In this document: piece by piece, positions 10,004 through 20,149 of the stretch
Position numbering within the stretch: position 1 is the first letter of the stretch
How the letters are laid out: the number at the start of each line of letters is the position of its first letter
Origin: Sedimentisphaerales bacterium
GTDB taxonomy: Bacteria > Planctomycetota > Phycisphaerae > Sedimentisphaerales > Anaerobacaceae
Direction of reading: 5' to 3'
Length of the DNA stretch: 64,000 nucleotides
Assembly (NCBI GenBank): GCA_963708075.1
Contig: OY970194.1
Coordinates: forward strand, 4,640,001 to 4,704,000
Notes under the pieces: generated by a model
Databases searched by the model: none
What the model saw: only the letters and a program-made list of their open reading frames with translations
Told to the model about the DNA's origin: nothing
Translations under genes and position numbers: made by a program

Positions 10004-11005
10004 TTATTGCTTGCGGTACTGGCGGAGGAGGTCGAGGAGGTGTTGCATGTCGGCGGGCAGGGGGGCTTCGAATTTGACTCGCTCGTTGGTCGTGGGGTGG
10101 GTGAATTCGAGGGTCCAAGCGTGCAGGGCGCAGCGGCTGATGACGGGCTCTTCGACGGCAGGCTCGGCGTCGGCGAGTTGCCAGGGATAGACGAGCTTTC
10201 CGCCGTACATGTCGTCGGCGACGATGGGGTGCTTGATGTAGGACAGGTGGACGCGGATCTGATGGGTGCGGCCGGTGTGCGGCTCGCACTTGAGCAGGGA
10301 GAAGCCGCGAAACGCCTCGACCACCTCATAGAACGTGACGGCCTCCTTGCCGATCTCCGGGCGGATCGCATATTTCTCGCGGATCGTGGGGTGGATACCC
10401 AGCGGGGCGTTGATCCGGTCGGCGAGCAGCTCGGGCGTGCCGTGAACGATCGCAAGATACGCCTTCTTGACCTGACGGGTCTCGAACTGCTTGGCGATCC
10501 GCCACTGGGAGGTCTCGTGCTTGGTGACAACCATGACGCCGGTGGTGTCGCGGTCCAGCCGGTGCACGATGCCCGGGCGAAACTCGCCCAGCCCGCTGGA
10601 CAGCCGGTCGGAATAGTGCTTCAGGGCATTGACCAGGGTCCCATGGGTATTGCCCCGCGCGGGGTGGACGATCATGTCGGCCGACTTGTTCAGGATGATG
10701 ATGTCGTCATCTTCGTAGAGGACGTTCAGCGGGATGTCTTCCGGCATGATTTCCTTGCTCGGCGGCTCGGGGATGAGCATGTCGATGTGGTCGCCGGGGC
10801 TGAGACGAAAACTGGGCTTGACGGGCTGGCCGTTGACCTTGATGGCCCCGGAGCGGATGGCATCCTGGAGGAAATGCCGGCTGAGGTTGCGGAACCGGCC
10901 GTGCAGGTACTTATCGATCCTGCGCTCCGTGATCCCCACGCCCACCTGGAGCGTGATCGATTGCCCTTTGAGCTCCCGCAGATCCTGGGACTCGAACTCT
11001 TCCAT
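10004..11005 (-). CDS. rluD: RluA/RluD-family pseudouridine synthase
   Basis: S4 domain, RPGIVHRLDRDTTG, TGRTHQIRVH. Confidence 0.9.
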   Translation of the reverse strand: MEEFESQDLRELKGQSITLQVGVGITERRIDKYLHGRFRNLSRHFLQDAIRSGAIKVNGQPVKPSFRLSPGDHIDMLIPEPPSKEIMPEDIPLNVLYEDDDIIILNKSADMIVHPARGNTHGTLVNALKHYSDRLSSGLGEFRPGIVHRLDRDTTGVMVVTKHETSQWRIAKQFETRQVKKAYLAIVHGTPELLADRINAPLGIHPTIREKYAIRPEIGKEAVTFYEVVEAFRGFSLLKCEPHTGRTHQIRVHLSYIKHPIVADDMYGGKLVYPWQLADAEPAVEEPVISRCALHAWTLEFTHPTTNERVKFEAPLPADMQHLLDLLRQYRKQ

Positions 11006-11013
11006 AAACCTTA

Positions 11014-11925
11014 TTAACCACCGGTGGTCGAGTTGGCCTCAGGCACAGGCGCCGGAGTCGTTGGCGTTGCCGGAACCGGGGCCGGGACGGTGTCCGTCTT
11101 CGGCGCCTCGCCGGTCGGGGCCGGTGCGGGGGCTGGGGCCGGACCCTGCGCCGGGGCAGGGCCGGGCACGGGAACAGGTATCACGACAGGCGAGTTGGCA
11201 TCGCCCGGACCGATCTTTATCGTCGGAGCCGAAGCCTGGGTCGGCGGCGGGGCGGGCTTGAACACGACTTTGCCCTGGTAGTCGTCGGCGGTCTGGAGGC
11301 GGAAAGCCGCGGCGGCCTTGGCCGTCGTCCCATCGTACGCCGTATTCTCTGCTACCGCGCGATAGATCTCTTTGGCCTTATTGACATTGCCCAATTCCTC
11401 CTCGCACAGTCCGAGCCCGAGCTCCGCCGTTGCCGCCAGGGCGGGAACACCCTCGGCCTTCTTCAGGGCCTGCTCGTAGCTGGCCTGCGCCTGGGCGATC
11501 TGCTTGGCCATTTCGTCCTGGCTGACCTCGCCGGACCGATAATGCAACTCCGTGCGAAGCGTCTCGGCACGCTCAATCAGCGCCAATGCGGACATCTCGC
11601 GATTGCCCGTCGATTGGGCGAAATCCTGCAGGTCCTTGGCCAGATCGATCAGAAGATAGGACTGGTCGCTCTGCTGCGCCATCGCCTGGGCGATGTCCGC
11701 CTTCTGCTTGGGCAGTTGCGTCACCAGATTCGTCAGACGCACCTGGCTGCGCACCGCGGCAATATTCTTATGATAGAATATCCAGAAATAGACCGCGATC
11801 ACGACCACGATGACCGCCGCCGTACCGATCAGCGAATTACGGTTCGTTCGCAGCCACTCGGGAAAGTGCATCAACCAGTCGGCCAGCTCATTCGTCTTCA
11901 GCTCATGTCGATGATCTGCTCTCAT
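11014..11925 (-). CDS. Membrane-anchored TPR-like protein (YfgM-like) with Pro/Ala-rich tail
   Basis: RHELKTNEL N-terminus, single TM, helical repeats. Confidence 0.7.
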   Translation of the reverse strand: MRADHRHELKTNELADWLMHFPEWLRTNRNSLIGTAAVIVVVIAVYFWIFYHKNIAAVRSQVRLTNLVTQLPKQKADIAQAMAQQSDQSYLLIDLAKDLQDFAQSTGNREMSALALIERAETLRTELHYRSGEVSQDEMAKQIAQAQASYEQALKKAEGVPALAATAELGLGLCEEELGNVNKAKEIYRAVAENTAYDGTTAKAAAAFRLQTADDYQGKVVFKPAPPPTQASAPTIKIGPGDANSPVVIPVPVPGPAPAQGPAPAPAPAPTGEAPKTDTVPAPVPATPTTPAPVPEANSTTGG

Positions 11926-12107
11926 TCTCTATGCTCCAATTCCACGTTCAAAGCCACCTGCTCGGGTTATCGGGCCTCAAAAAGGCGAATTGCTATGGTA
12001 ACAAAGTTGCTTTCGACTTGCAATGCAACTACTGAAAAGTTAAAATATTAGGTTACTTTTGCCGAAAGGACACACATACTGGGGTCGGATGAAAGGTTAG
12101 TGTGTAC

Positions 12108-13955
12108 ATGAACTACGCTCACTTCTTGTATTACGTGCAGATCGGGCTTCTGGTTTGCGTGGCCGTGCCGGGCGGCGGGGCTTTCGGGGCCGATGCACCG
12201 CAGAAGGCGGCGGATGGGCTCTGGGATCCGCAGCGGTATATCGGAGTCGACGAGATTCAGCGCGGCATGGAAGGCTACTGCCTGACCGACTACGGCGAGG
12301 CGGGGATCGAGAAGTTCCCGCTGAAGGTGGTAAACATCATTCACGAGTACGAGCCGGGCCATGATCTCATTCTGATCATGGGCTTGGACGAGCGTTTCAA
12401 GCACACGGGCCCGGTGGCAGGCTGCAGCGGCTCACCGGTGTATCTTGACGGACGGCTGGCGGGGGCATTGGCTCGCGGCTGGGTCTTTCAGAAGGACCCG
12501 CTCTACGGTGTAACGCCGATCCAGGAAATGCTGCAGGTGGGTGCGTCCAAAGGGTCATCGTCAGCCTCGTCTTCTCGGACCCTCGCCCTGAAATTCGATT
12601 TTTCCAAGCCAATTGATTTTGCCGAGATTGACAAGCAGCTCACCAGCCTGCGGCCGATGGGCGGCCGCAGCCAAAGCGGCGCCACCGCCCTGCCCTGCCC
12701 GCTGCAGATCTCGGGTTTGCCGCCCGAGGCGTGCCGGTACCTGGCGCCTCAGTTGGAAACGATGGGCTTCCTGGCCGTACCGGGTATCAGCGGCACTGTC
12801 CCGGCCGGCGCAGTGCCCGCCGCCTCGTTCACGCCCGGCGGCACGCTGACGATTCCCCTCGTGTCCGGGGATATCAAACTCGAAACGCTCGGGACCGTTA
12901 CCGAGGTGCGCGGCAATCGCATTTACGGGTTCGGTCACAGCTTTCTCGGCTTTGGGCCGACCGAGTTGCCCCTGGCCGGCGGACAAATCTATACGGTGGT
13001 TTCGCAGATGATGACCTCCTTCAAGATCGGAGCCGCCGGGGAGATCATCGGGGCTATCACCACCGACGAGTCCGTGGGCGTTACCGGAGAAATCGGGGCC
13101 AAGGCGAAGATGATCCCGCTGTCGGTGCGTGTTCAGCCGTGCAACGGCGCGGAGCCGAAGACCTACAACTGCCAGATGGTGTGCAATCAGGTGCTCACGC
13201 CGGTGCTCGCACGCGCCACACTCACCGGGGCCACGATGCCGTTCGGGGAGGGCTTTCCGCCGGATCACACCGTGGACTACCAGGCAACCATCCGCCTGGA
13301 GGACGGCCAGACCATCCAGTTTGCCAATACCTCCACGGGGATGCAGATCGCCGAGATGGTCACCGAAGCCAGCGGCAGCCTGGCGCTGCTCATGAATAAT
13401 CCGTACGGCTGTCCGGAGGTCACGGGCCTGGAGGCCAGCGTCAGTGTCTCGTCGAAGAATATCGCATCCTACATCTGGTCCGTGAACGTAGCCGATTCGA
13501 CTATCAAGCGCGGCGAGGATATCGACCTGGAGGTCGTGATCGAATCGTTTATGAAGGAGAAGAGGAAATACCAGGTGAGCCTGAACGTGCCGAAGTACGT
13601 GGCGCCGGGCAAGTACAACCTGATGATCCTCGGCTCTATGGAATATGAGGGTTTCCTCCGCAAGGTCGTGCCCTATCGGTTCATCGCCACGAACCGCAAG
13701 ACGCTTGTGGAGGCCCTGAACGAGGTGTTGAACGTCAGTCGCACCAAGCTGTATTGCCTGCTGGTCTTGCCGCCGGAGGGCATCGCGATAGATCGTGCGG
13801 AGTTGCCCGGCCTGCCGGAGACCAAGAGCATGATCCTGCAGAGCAACAAGTGGGCGATGCCCGCCCAGCCGTACCCGCAATGGGTGGAGAAGGTCGTGGA
13901 GACGGGCACCGTGGTCGGTGACAAGGAGATGGTGCAGATCACTGTAGAACCGTGA
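12108..13955 (+). CDS. SpoIVB peptidase S55 domain protein
   Basis: GPVAGCSGSPVYLDGRLAGAL, VTPIQEM, GTVT...YGFGHSF. Confidence 0.85.
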   Translation: MNYAHFLYYVQIGLLVCVAVPGGGAFGADAPQKAADGLWDPQRYIGVDEIQRGMEGYCLTDYGEAGIEKFPLKVVNIIHEYEPGHDLILIMGLDERFKHTGPVAGCSGSPVYLDGRLAGALARGWVFQKDPLYGVTPIQEMLQVGASKGSSSASSSRTLALKFDFSKPIDFAEIDKQLTSLRPMGGRSQSGATALPCPLQISGLPPEACRYLAPQLETMGFLAVPGISGTVPAGAVPAASFTPGGTLTIPLVSGDIKLETLGTVTEVRGNRIYGFGHSFLGFGPTELPLAGGQIYTVVSQMMTSFKIGAAGEIIGAITTDESVGVTGEIGAKAKMIPLSVRVQPCNGAEPKTYNCQMVCNQVLTPVLARATLTGATMPFGEGFPPDHTVDYQATIRLEDGQTIQFANTSTGMQIAEMVTEASGSLALLMNNPYGCPEVTGLEASVSVSSKNIASYIWSVNVADSTIKRGEDIDLEVVIESFMKEKRKYQVSLNVPKYVAPGKYNLMILGSMEYEGFLRKVVPYRFIATNRKTLVEALNEVLNVSRTKLYCLLVLPPEGIAIDRAELPGLPETKSMILQSNKWAMPAQPYPQWVEKVVETGTVVGDKEMVQITVEP

Positions 13956-14070
13956 TGACAGCGGCCGCAGGCCGTGGGTAGCCGAATCTGCATTGTGCAG
14001 AAGTCGAGGTTGGAGCACAAAGGGGCCGCACGTCGGCCGCAAGGAATAAGCAGTCTCACAGGGAGTACAC

Positions 14071-16377
14071 ATGGCAATGCGATCATGCCACATGCGTTGG
14101 ACAGGGGTCCTTCTGTCTGTCCTGTCCGCCTCACTACTGACCGTCCCCGGCTGGGCCATCACCAGCAAAATCACCCGCCAATCCAGCAGCAAGGAGTTGC
14201 TCCAGGGCGAAGCCGACGATGTCGTGGTCACCTCCCGGGGCAATATCCAGCTCGGGCGGGCCGCCAAGGTCCTCGCCGACGAGATCAAGGATGCCTGGGC
14301 GATCAACAACATCGTCGTCAGCGGAAGCACAGTGTACCTCGGGACCAGCCCGAACGGCATCATCTACAAATACCATCTCGGCAAGCTCACAAGACTCTAT
14401 CCCCCGGAAGGCCAGCCCCTTCCCGAGAAGGCCCCGGCGGTGGCGAAAGAGCCCAACGAGCCGGCCAAGGCGGAAGGCAAGCCCGAGGAGAAAGCCGGCG
14501 GCGAGGTAGTCAATGCCGAGGAGCGGTTTGCCAATCAGCACATTTACGCCATGGCCGTCGATGTCGCAGGCCGGCTGCTCGTAGGCATCAGCGGCAGCAA
14601 GGCCAAGCTCTGCCGCTTCGAAGCCGGCGCGATGGAGACGATCTTCGAGCCTAACGACGCCAGGTACATCTTCGCCGTCGAGGTGGACGGCATCGGCAAC
14701 ATCTACCTGGGCACCGGGCCGGAAGGCAAGGTCTACGCGCTCGATCCCTCGGGCAAGGTGGCACAGCTCATCTACGACAGCCCTGACAAGAATATCCTTT
14801 CGCTGGCGGCCGGCCAGGACGGCCTGGTGTACGCCGGCAGCGACACGCGGGGCCTGATCTATAAGATCAACCCGCGCAGCAAGACAGCCGCCGTCGTGTA
14901 TGACAGCGAGGAGCCGGAGATCAGCACGATGCTGTTCGCCGCGGGCACGTCCCCGGAAGGCGCCCTCCTGTACGCCGCCGCGACATCGGCCAAGGTCGTG
15001 CAGGCCGAGAGCCAGTTCGCCGCCCAGCAGGAAACGACCGGGCGACCCGAGCCCAGGGAAGAGACCACGAAGAACCTGGAGAGCGACGGCTCGGTCCGCC
15101 TGAAGATCGCCAACACGACGCAGGAATCCGCGAGCAAGGCCGCGGCTCGCCCGCGAACGGGCGCGAAGACGACCAAGCCCGGCACGGCCAGCTACATCTA
15201 CCAGATCAACAAGCAGGGCTACGTCACGGAGATCTTCACCGAGGCGGCGGTCTTCCTGTGCATGGCCAAGCAGGACGACAGGCTGCTGATCGGCTCGGGC
15301 AATGAAGGCCAGGTCTTCGCCGTCGAGCCCGGCAGCGAGCGCGAGGCGGTCATCTACAAGGACGAGGCGGCCGGCCAGATCCCGGCAGTGGCCGTCGCGG
15401 GCAAAGAGGTCTACATCGGCACGGCCAACCCGGCCCGGCTCGTGCTGCTTTCGCAGGACTACACCTCGCAGGGGACCTACGTCTCCGACCTCATCGACGC
15501 CAGCCAGCCCGCCCGCTGGGGCAAGCTCCAGATCGACGCCGACATTCCCCGCGGCTGCAAGGTGCTCGTCGCCTCGCGAAGCGGAAACGTCAAGGACGTC
15601 AACGACCCGACCTTCTCCGAGTGGACCGAGCCCGTGGAGATCACCGAGCCAACCCAGTTGCGATGTCCCCTCGGCCGGTTCTGCCAGTACAAGCTGATCC
15701 TCGAGACGCAGGACGGGCAAAAGAGCCCGGTGGTGCGCGAGGTGGCTCTGGCCAGCACCGTGCCGAACCTGGCGCCGGTGGTCGACTCCGTGGATATCAG
15801 CCGGCTCCAGACCCCCGACAAGCGTGGCTTGTTCAAGATCAGCTACAAGGCGGCGGACCAGAACGAGGACAAGATCGTCTATAAGATCGACTTCCGCAAG
15901 ATCGGGCGGTCCTCCTGGGTGGAGATGAAGGACCAGACCGAGGACGAGAGCTACGAGTGGGACGGCAAGACCGTCGAGGACGGCCGCTATGAGGTTCGCA
16001 TCGTCGCCTCGGACGAGCGGAGCAATACCCTCCCCACGAAGCTGACGGGCAGCCGGATCAGTGACCCCATCGTCGTGGACAACACCGGCCCCATCATCCG
16101 CAAGTATGCCATCGACAAGAACGGCAAGGCCGCCACGATCAAGCTCCAGGTCACCGACGAGCTCAGCGTCATCAACAAGCTCGAATACACCATCGACAGC
16201 AACGCCAAGTGGAAAGGCACGCTGCCCGACGACTTCGTCTTCGATACCACCGACGAGAGCTTCACGATCACCACCGAGGACCTGACCCCCGGCGAGCACG
16301 TGATCGCCCTGAAGATCAACGACGACGTAGGCAACGTGACCTACAAGACCTTCGAGCTAAGCGTGTTGGGCAAATAG
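14071..16377 (+). CDS. Secreted beta-propeller protein with C-terminal Ig/FN3-like domains
   Basis: Signal peptide, repeated YLGTGPEGKVY-type blades, WDGKTVEDGRY. Confidence 0.75.
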   Translation: MAMRSCHMRWTGVLLSVLSASLLTVPGWAITSKITRQSSSKELLQGEADDVVVTSRGNIQLGRAAKVLADEIKDAWAINNIVVSGSTVYLGTSPNGIIYKYHLGKLTRLYPPEGQPLPEKAPAVAKEPNEPAKAEGKPEEKAGGEVVNAEERFANQHIYAMAVDVAGRLLVGISGSKAKLCRFEAGAMETIFEPNDARYIFAVEVDGIGNIYLGTGPEGKVYALDPSGKVAQLIYDSPDKNILSLAAGQDGLVYAGSDTRGLIYKINPRSKTAAVVYDSEEPEISTMLFAAGTSPEGALLYAAATSAKVVQAESQFAAQQETTGRPEPREETTKNLESDGSVRLKIANTTQESASKAAARPRTGAKTTKPGTASYIYQINKQGYVTEIFTEAAVFLCMAKQDDRLLIGSGNEGQVFAVEPGSEREAVIYKDEAAGQIPAVAVAGKEVYIGTANPARLVLLSQDYTSQGTYVSDLIDASQPARWGKLQIDADIPRGCKVLVASRSGNVKDVNDPTFSEWTEPVEITEPTQLRCPLGRFCQYKLILETQDGQKSPVVREVALASTVPNLAPVVDSVDISRLQTPDKRGLFKISYKAADQNEDKIVYKIDFRKIGRSSWVEMKDQTEDESYEWDGKTVEDGRYEVRIVASDERSNTLPTKLTGSRISDPIVVDNTGPIIRKYAIDKNGKAATIKLQVTDELSVINKLEYTIDSNAKWKGTLPDDFVFDTTDESFTITTEDLTPGEHVIALKINDDVGNVTYKTFELSVLGK

Positions 16378-16447
16378 AGCTTATCCGATCTCTGCCCACT
16401 TCTCCCTCTCTGGCTGCATGCGGCTGCCTCTGGTTTTTGGGGGTGCT

Positions 16448-18034
16448 GAGGCTGTGAGAGAATTCGAATTACTGTGATGGTTCGACTGCATCTCTGCGAC
16501 CTGATCGGTCCTTGTTCATTCTGTAGATCTCAGTCTATTCAGGTTCGTTCAGGGGTCGATCTGTCTTGTCCAAACCTCCATCAGTTCAGCAGCCGGCCCG
16601 ATCGGGCCCTGGGGCGGTACTCTATGCCCCTTTTGGACTCTCAGCCCACCAATAATGCCTCACCAAAATGTATCATGTTGTACGCCAGCGCAGACCACAG
16701 CGCAACACAACGCACCTTGTGCAGCCCACGGACCAGCAATCGAGCCAACCCGCGATAGGTCCGCAGATCGGCGTTGACCGTCTCACTGGTCGCCGCCCGT
16801 TCCTTATAGATGCTCTTGCCTTCTTCACTGGCCATGCGCGTCCGCCAGGCGGCGATCTCAGGGCTGTCCGTCTTACGCACCTGACAGGGGTCCACACACC
16901 CTCGACCGCCCTGCGGCGGAGCGTAGATGCGTACACCCGCCTGCTCGGCCGCCTGGATCTGCTCCAACTTGACAAAGCCTCCATCCATCAAGTGCTCCTT
17001 CACCTGGCCGTCCGTACGCTCCTCGACGTGCTCACGCATCGGCGCACTCTCGGCCTTGTCCGTGCCCGCGTTGGTCACGTCCACGCCCAGGATCGCCCGC
17101 GATTGCGTGTCGCTGGCAAACTGCAGGTTATAGGCTGGACGAAAGCCGCCATCAGGCATTTTCATCACACGGGCTTCACTGTCGGTCGTCGAGGCACGCG
17201 GCGGGCTGGGTTTGTCCCGCTGATTGTTCCGCGCTTGGGCTTTGACCTTCTTGATCTCCTCCAAGGCCCCCAGCGCCTTTTCCACTCGCTCCAGCCGCTC
17301 TCGAGCCGCTCGTTCTTTCGCCGCCACCTGCCGCGCATGGCGATCCGTAAGGGCGGGCGACTCCCGCTGGGCCTTCAGAGCTTCCACCTGGCCCTTGGCC
17401 TGGTCGAGCAACTCGTTCAATCGCCGCTCCCGTCGAAAACTGCCTTTGCCGGCGCTGGCCCGCACACGCATCCCATCCTGGCTGATCCGATGCACGCTGA
17501 CCAGCTTACGCTCCATCAGCATCGCCAGCACCTCGGTCATCAGACCGTCCAACGCCTCTTCATGACTGACGCGAAAATCACTCAACGTGTGATAGTTCAC
17601 GCCAACCCCGCCGCACAGCCAGCGATACGCCGCATGATGCTCGCACAGCCGCTCCAACTCCCGCGTGCTGCCCACCCCCTGGGTCGCCGCATACAACCAC
17701 AATGCCACCAGCAAGCGAACGTCCGTCGCCGACCGCCCGGCCTGTCCCTCACTGACCTTCAGTCCCTCGGTAAACTTCGACAGGTCCAGCCGCTCCACCA
17801 CGGCCCAAAGCACCCGCACGTGATGGCCCGGCGGGATCGTCTCTTCCAGGGACAACGGAACCATCCGCGTTTGTGACCGGTCCGGCCGACGAAACCGCAA
17901 CGGACCCGCAGGCACACAGTCTCTCGAATCTTGTTCCATCTCACTAACCTGAGATTCCATTCCCGGCAGAGTTCCTTGCTCTTTCATGCCCGTTATTCTA
18001 CCATCCCCGTCAAGACCGATTTCTTCACAGCCTC
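16448..18034 (-). mobile_element. IS1182-family insertion sequence
   Basis: Terminal inverted repeats GAGGCTGTGA.../...TCACAGCCTC, GCT duplicated at both flanks, single transposase. Confidence 0.85.
16641..17987 (-). CDS. IS1182-family DDE transposase
   Basis: SLEETIPPGHHVR, LWLYA..QGV.S.RELERLC, QDGMRVRASA, STTDSEARVMK, PAYNLQ. Confidence 0.9.
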   Translation of the reverse strand: MKEQGTLPGMESQVSEMEQDSRDCVPAGPLRFRRPDRSQTRMVPLSLEETIPPGHHVRVLWAVVERLDLSKFTEGLKVSEGQAGRSATDVRLLVALWLYAATQGVGSTRELERLCEHHAAYRWLCGGVGVNYHTLSDFRVSHEEALDGLMTEVLAMLMERKLVSVHRISQDGMRVRASAGKGSFRRERRLNELLDQAKGQVEALKAQRESPALTDRHARQVAAKERAARERLERVEKALGALEEIKKVKAQARNNQRDKPSPPRASTTDSEARVMKMPDGGFRPAYNLQFASDTQSRAILGVDVTNAGTDKAESAPMREHVEERTDGQVKEHLMDGGFVKLEQIQAAEQAGVRIYAPPQGGRGCVDPCQVRKTDSPEIAAWRTRMASEEGKSIYKERAATSETVNADLRTYRGLARLLVRGLHKVRCVALWSALAYNMIHFGEALLVG

Positions 18035-18361
18035 GCTGCCCCCAAACCCCCGGCATTTGCCGCTTCGGGCCAATAGCATGAGAAGCAGGCGTGGGTTGCC
18101 CCTTGCCGTGAATAGCCATTGCAGGTACTCTGGAGGCGCTGCTGGGGAGGACAGGGCTCTGCTGGCAAGCACCCCGAGCGCCCCAGCAGTCCAGTGGCAT
18201 GGGCGATGCCGTCGTCGTGGAGGCATCGTGTGGTTCTTGAGCCATGCTGCTGGCGTAAGGCGCAAAATGCCAGGGGTCCGGGGACGGAGTCCCCGGTCAT
18301 TGGCTGCGTTCCATCCCAAAGTACGCAAAGACCGAATGAGTTACTGGCAGACGAGGCATTT

Positions 18362-19210
18362 GTGCGAACGATTGGATTCGAACAGGTTAGGCAAGCCGTG
18401 GAGTCGCTTTGCATCGCGACTTGCCACGAATTGCCCGAGGATGTCCTTCAGGCCCTCGAACGGGCGGCCGGGAAGGAGTCCCATCCGGGCGCCGCGAAGA
18501 TCCTGCGCCGGCTACTGGAAAACGCCCGCGTCGCCGGGCAGGACATGAGCCCCCTGTGCCAGGACACCGGGCTGGCCGTCGTCTTCGTGGAGCAAGGCGC
18601 CGAGGTCGCCATCATTGGCGAGGGAACCATCGTCGATGCCATCAATGAAGGAGTGGCGACGGGCTATGAGAAGGGATACCTGCGGAAGAGCATCGTCGCC
18701 GATCCGCTGAACCGGCGCGTGAACACCGGCACGAACACCCCTGCCGTGATCCACCTGTCCATCGTCCCCGGCGACCGGCTCAGACTGACCCTCATGGCCA
18801 AGGGCGGCGGCTGCGAGAACAAAAGCCAGTTTCGCATGTTCCGACCGACTGCCGACAAGGGACAGATCATCGACTGGATCACCGAGACGGTCCGACAGGC
18901 CGGCGCCGACGCGTGCCCGCCGTTCATCGTCGGCGTCGGGTTAGGCGGCAACTTCGAGCTCAGTTGCCTGCTCAGCAAAAAGGCCCTGCTTCGCAAGCTC
19001 ACCGAGCCGAGTCCCGACCCCTTCTACGCCGGCATGGAGCGGGAGCTGCTCGAACGGATCAACGCTCTGGGCCTAGGCCCGCAGGGTCTCGGCGGCGACA
19101 CAACAGCCCTGGCCGTGCTGATCGAGACCGCCCCCTGCCACATCGCCTCGCTCCCCGTAGCCGTCAACATCGAATGTCACAGCCACAGACACAAGACTGT
19201 GGTCTTGTGA
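18362..19210 (+). CDS. Fe-S fumarate/tartrate hydro-lyase alpha subunit
   Basis: PLCQDTG, KGGGCEN, ACPP..VGVG.GG, GLGPQGLGG, CHIASLPVAVNIECH. Confidence 0.9.
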   Translation: MRTIGFEQVRQAVESLCIATCHELPEDVLQALERAAGKESHPGAAKILRRLLENARVAGQDMSPLCQDTGLAVVFVEQGAEVAIIGEGTIVDAINEGVATGYEKGYLRKSIVADPLNRRVNTGTNTPAVIHLSIVPGDRLRLTLMAKGGGCENKSQFRMFRPTADKGQIIDWITETVRQAGADACPPFIVGVGLGGNFELSCLLSKKALLRKLTEPSPDPFYAGMERELLERINALGLGPQGLGGDTTALAVLIETAPCHIASLPVAVNIECHSHRHKTVVL

Positions 19211-19308
19211 ATTGATGATTGATAATTGATGATGGATGATTCACCCGGTTGCCCTGCAACCGTCTCAGAACCATCCCATTGCAGTGACTGAGTGCCAATC
19301 ACCGTGCC

Positions 19309-19340
19309 GGGTGGCAGCGGCAAGCGCAGCTTGCCGATGG
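19309..19340 (+). repeat. Single REP (family A) left of RAYT
   Basis: GGGTGGCAGCGGCAAGCGCAGCTTGCCGATGG. Confidence 0.85.
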
Positions 19341-19427
19341 CTCTATCGACTCCGGGTGGACGCACAGAAGCGCGACCGGTACAATCCTCACAAGTAGCAT
19401 TCTGACTATGCTGAGTTAGTCGGCTCC

Positions 19428-19473
19428 GGGTGGCAGCGGCAAGCGGAGTCTTTGGAGCCTGCCGCTGCCACCC
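19428..19473. repeat. Collapsed family A REPIN
   Basis: GGGTGGCAGCGGCAAGC...GCCTGCCGCTGCCACCC. Confidence 0.8.
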
Positions 19474-19518
19474 AGACATACACAGAGAACATTCAGTAGC
19501 GGTCAGGACGACTATATC

Positions 19519-20085
19519 ATGCTTGAAGGTAACAGATATAGTAAGCATTGCCATCGCTGGGACCTCGGCGGTCACGCACATGAGCTGACCTTCGGTTGCT
19601 ACCTGAATCGCCCCTTTCTATCCAGAGAGAGAACCTGCACTTACCTCGTCGATGCAATCGTCGCGAGCAGGAAGAAGCATGATTTCGATCTCTGGGCCTA
19701 TGTTTTCATGCCCGATCACGTTCATCTGGTGATATGTCCGAGGCAGGAGGATTATTCGATCTCAGAAGTGCTGCGCTCGATCAAGCAACCCGTGGCCCGC
19801 AGGGCGATACAATATCTGAAACGGAGCAATCCTGCCGGCTTGAAGTGCCTGGCGACGGGCGACAGGGACGAGCCCTACCGGTTCTGGCAGAAAGGGGGCG
19901 GTTACGACAGGAACATCACTGAGGTCGAAACGCTCGTTCAGTCCGTGCAGTACATCCACAACAATCCTGTGCGCAGGGTTCTCGTTGAGACGGCGGATCA
20001 GTGGTGCTATTCCAGCGCTGCGAACTGGCTCAACACGGGGTCGGGGCCTATCTCGATAGATTTCGACAGCTTCCCACGAGCATGA
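19519..20085 (+). CDS. rayT: REP-associated tyrosine transposase (RAYT, HUH/Y1)
   Basis: AYVFMPDHVHL (HUH), FWQKGGGYDRNI, YIHNNPVRR, WCYSSA; flanked by inverted REPs. Confidence 0.9.
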   Translation: MLEGNRYSKHCHRWDLGGHAHELTFGCYLNRPFLSRERTCTYLVDAIVASRKKHDFDLWAYVFMPDHVHLVICPRQEDYSISEVLRSIKQPVARRAIQYLKRSNPAGLKCLATGDRDEPYRFWQKGGGYDRNITEVETLVQSVQYIHNNPVRRVLVETADQWCYSSAANWLNTGSGPISIDFDSFPRA

Positions 20086-20117
20086 CCATCGGCAAGCTGC
20101 GCTTGCCGATGCCACCC
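20086..20117 (-). repeat. Single REP (family A) right of RAYT
   Basis: Reverse complement of the 19309 copy with one mismatch; abuts the RAYT stop codon. Confidence 0.85.
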
Positions 20118-20149
20118 GGACAACGATGGGATTCCCGGCGTGATGGGCG

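Noticed and set aside
14134..16299. Long antisense ORFs (also 12561-14363, 7090-8496, 29805-31316, 58097-59179)
   Set aside because: Shadows of high-GC3 genes on the opposite strand with no recognisable motifs
17988..18245. Extended N-terminus of the IS1182 transposase ORF
   Set aside because: Extends beyond the terminal inverted repeat at 18034
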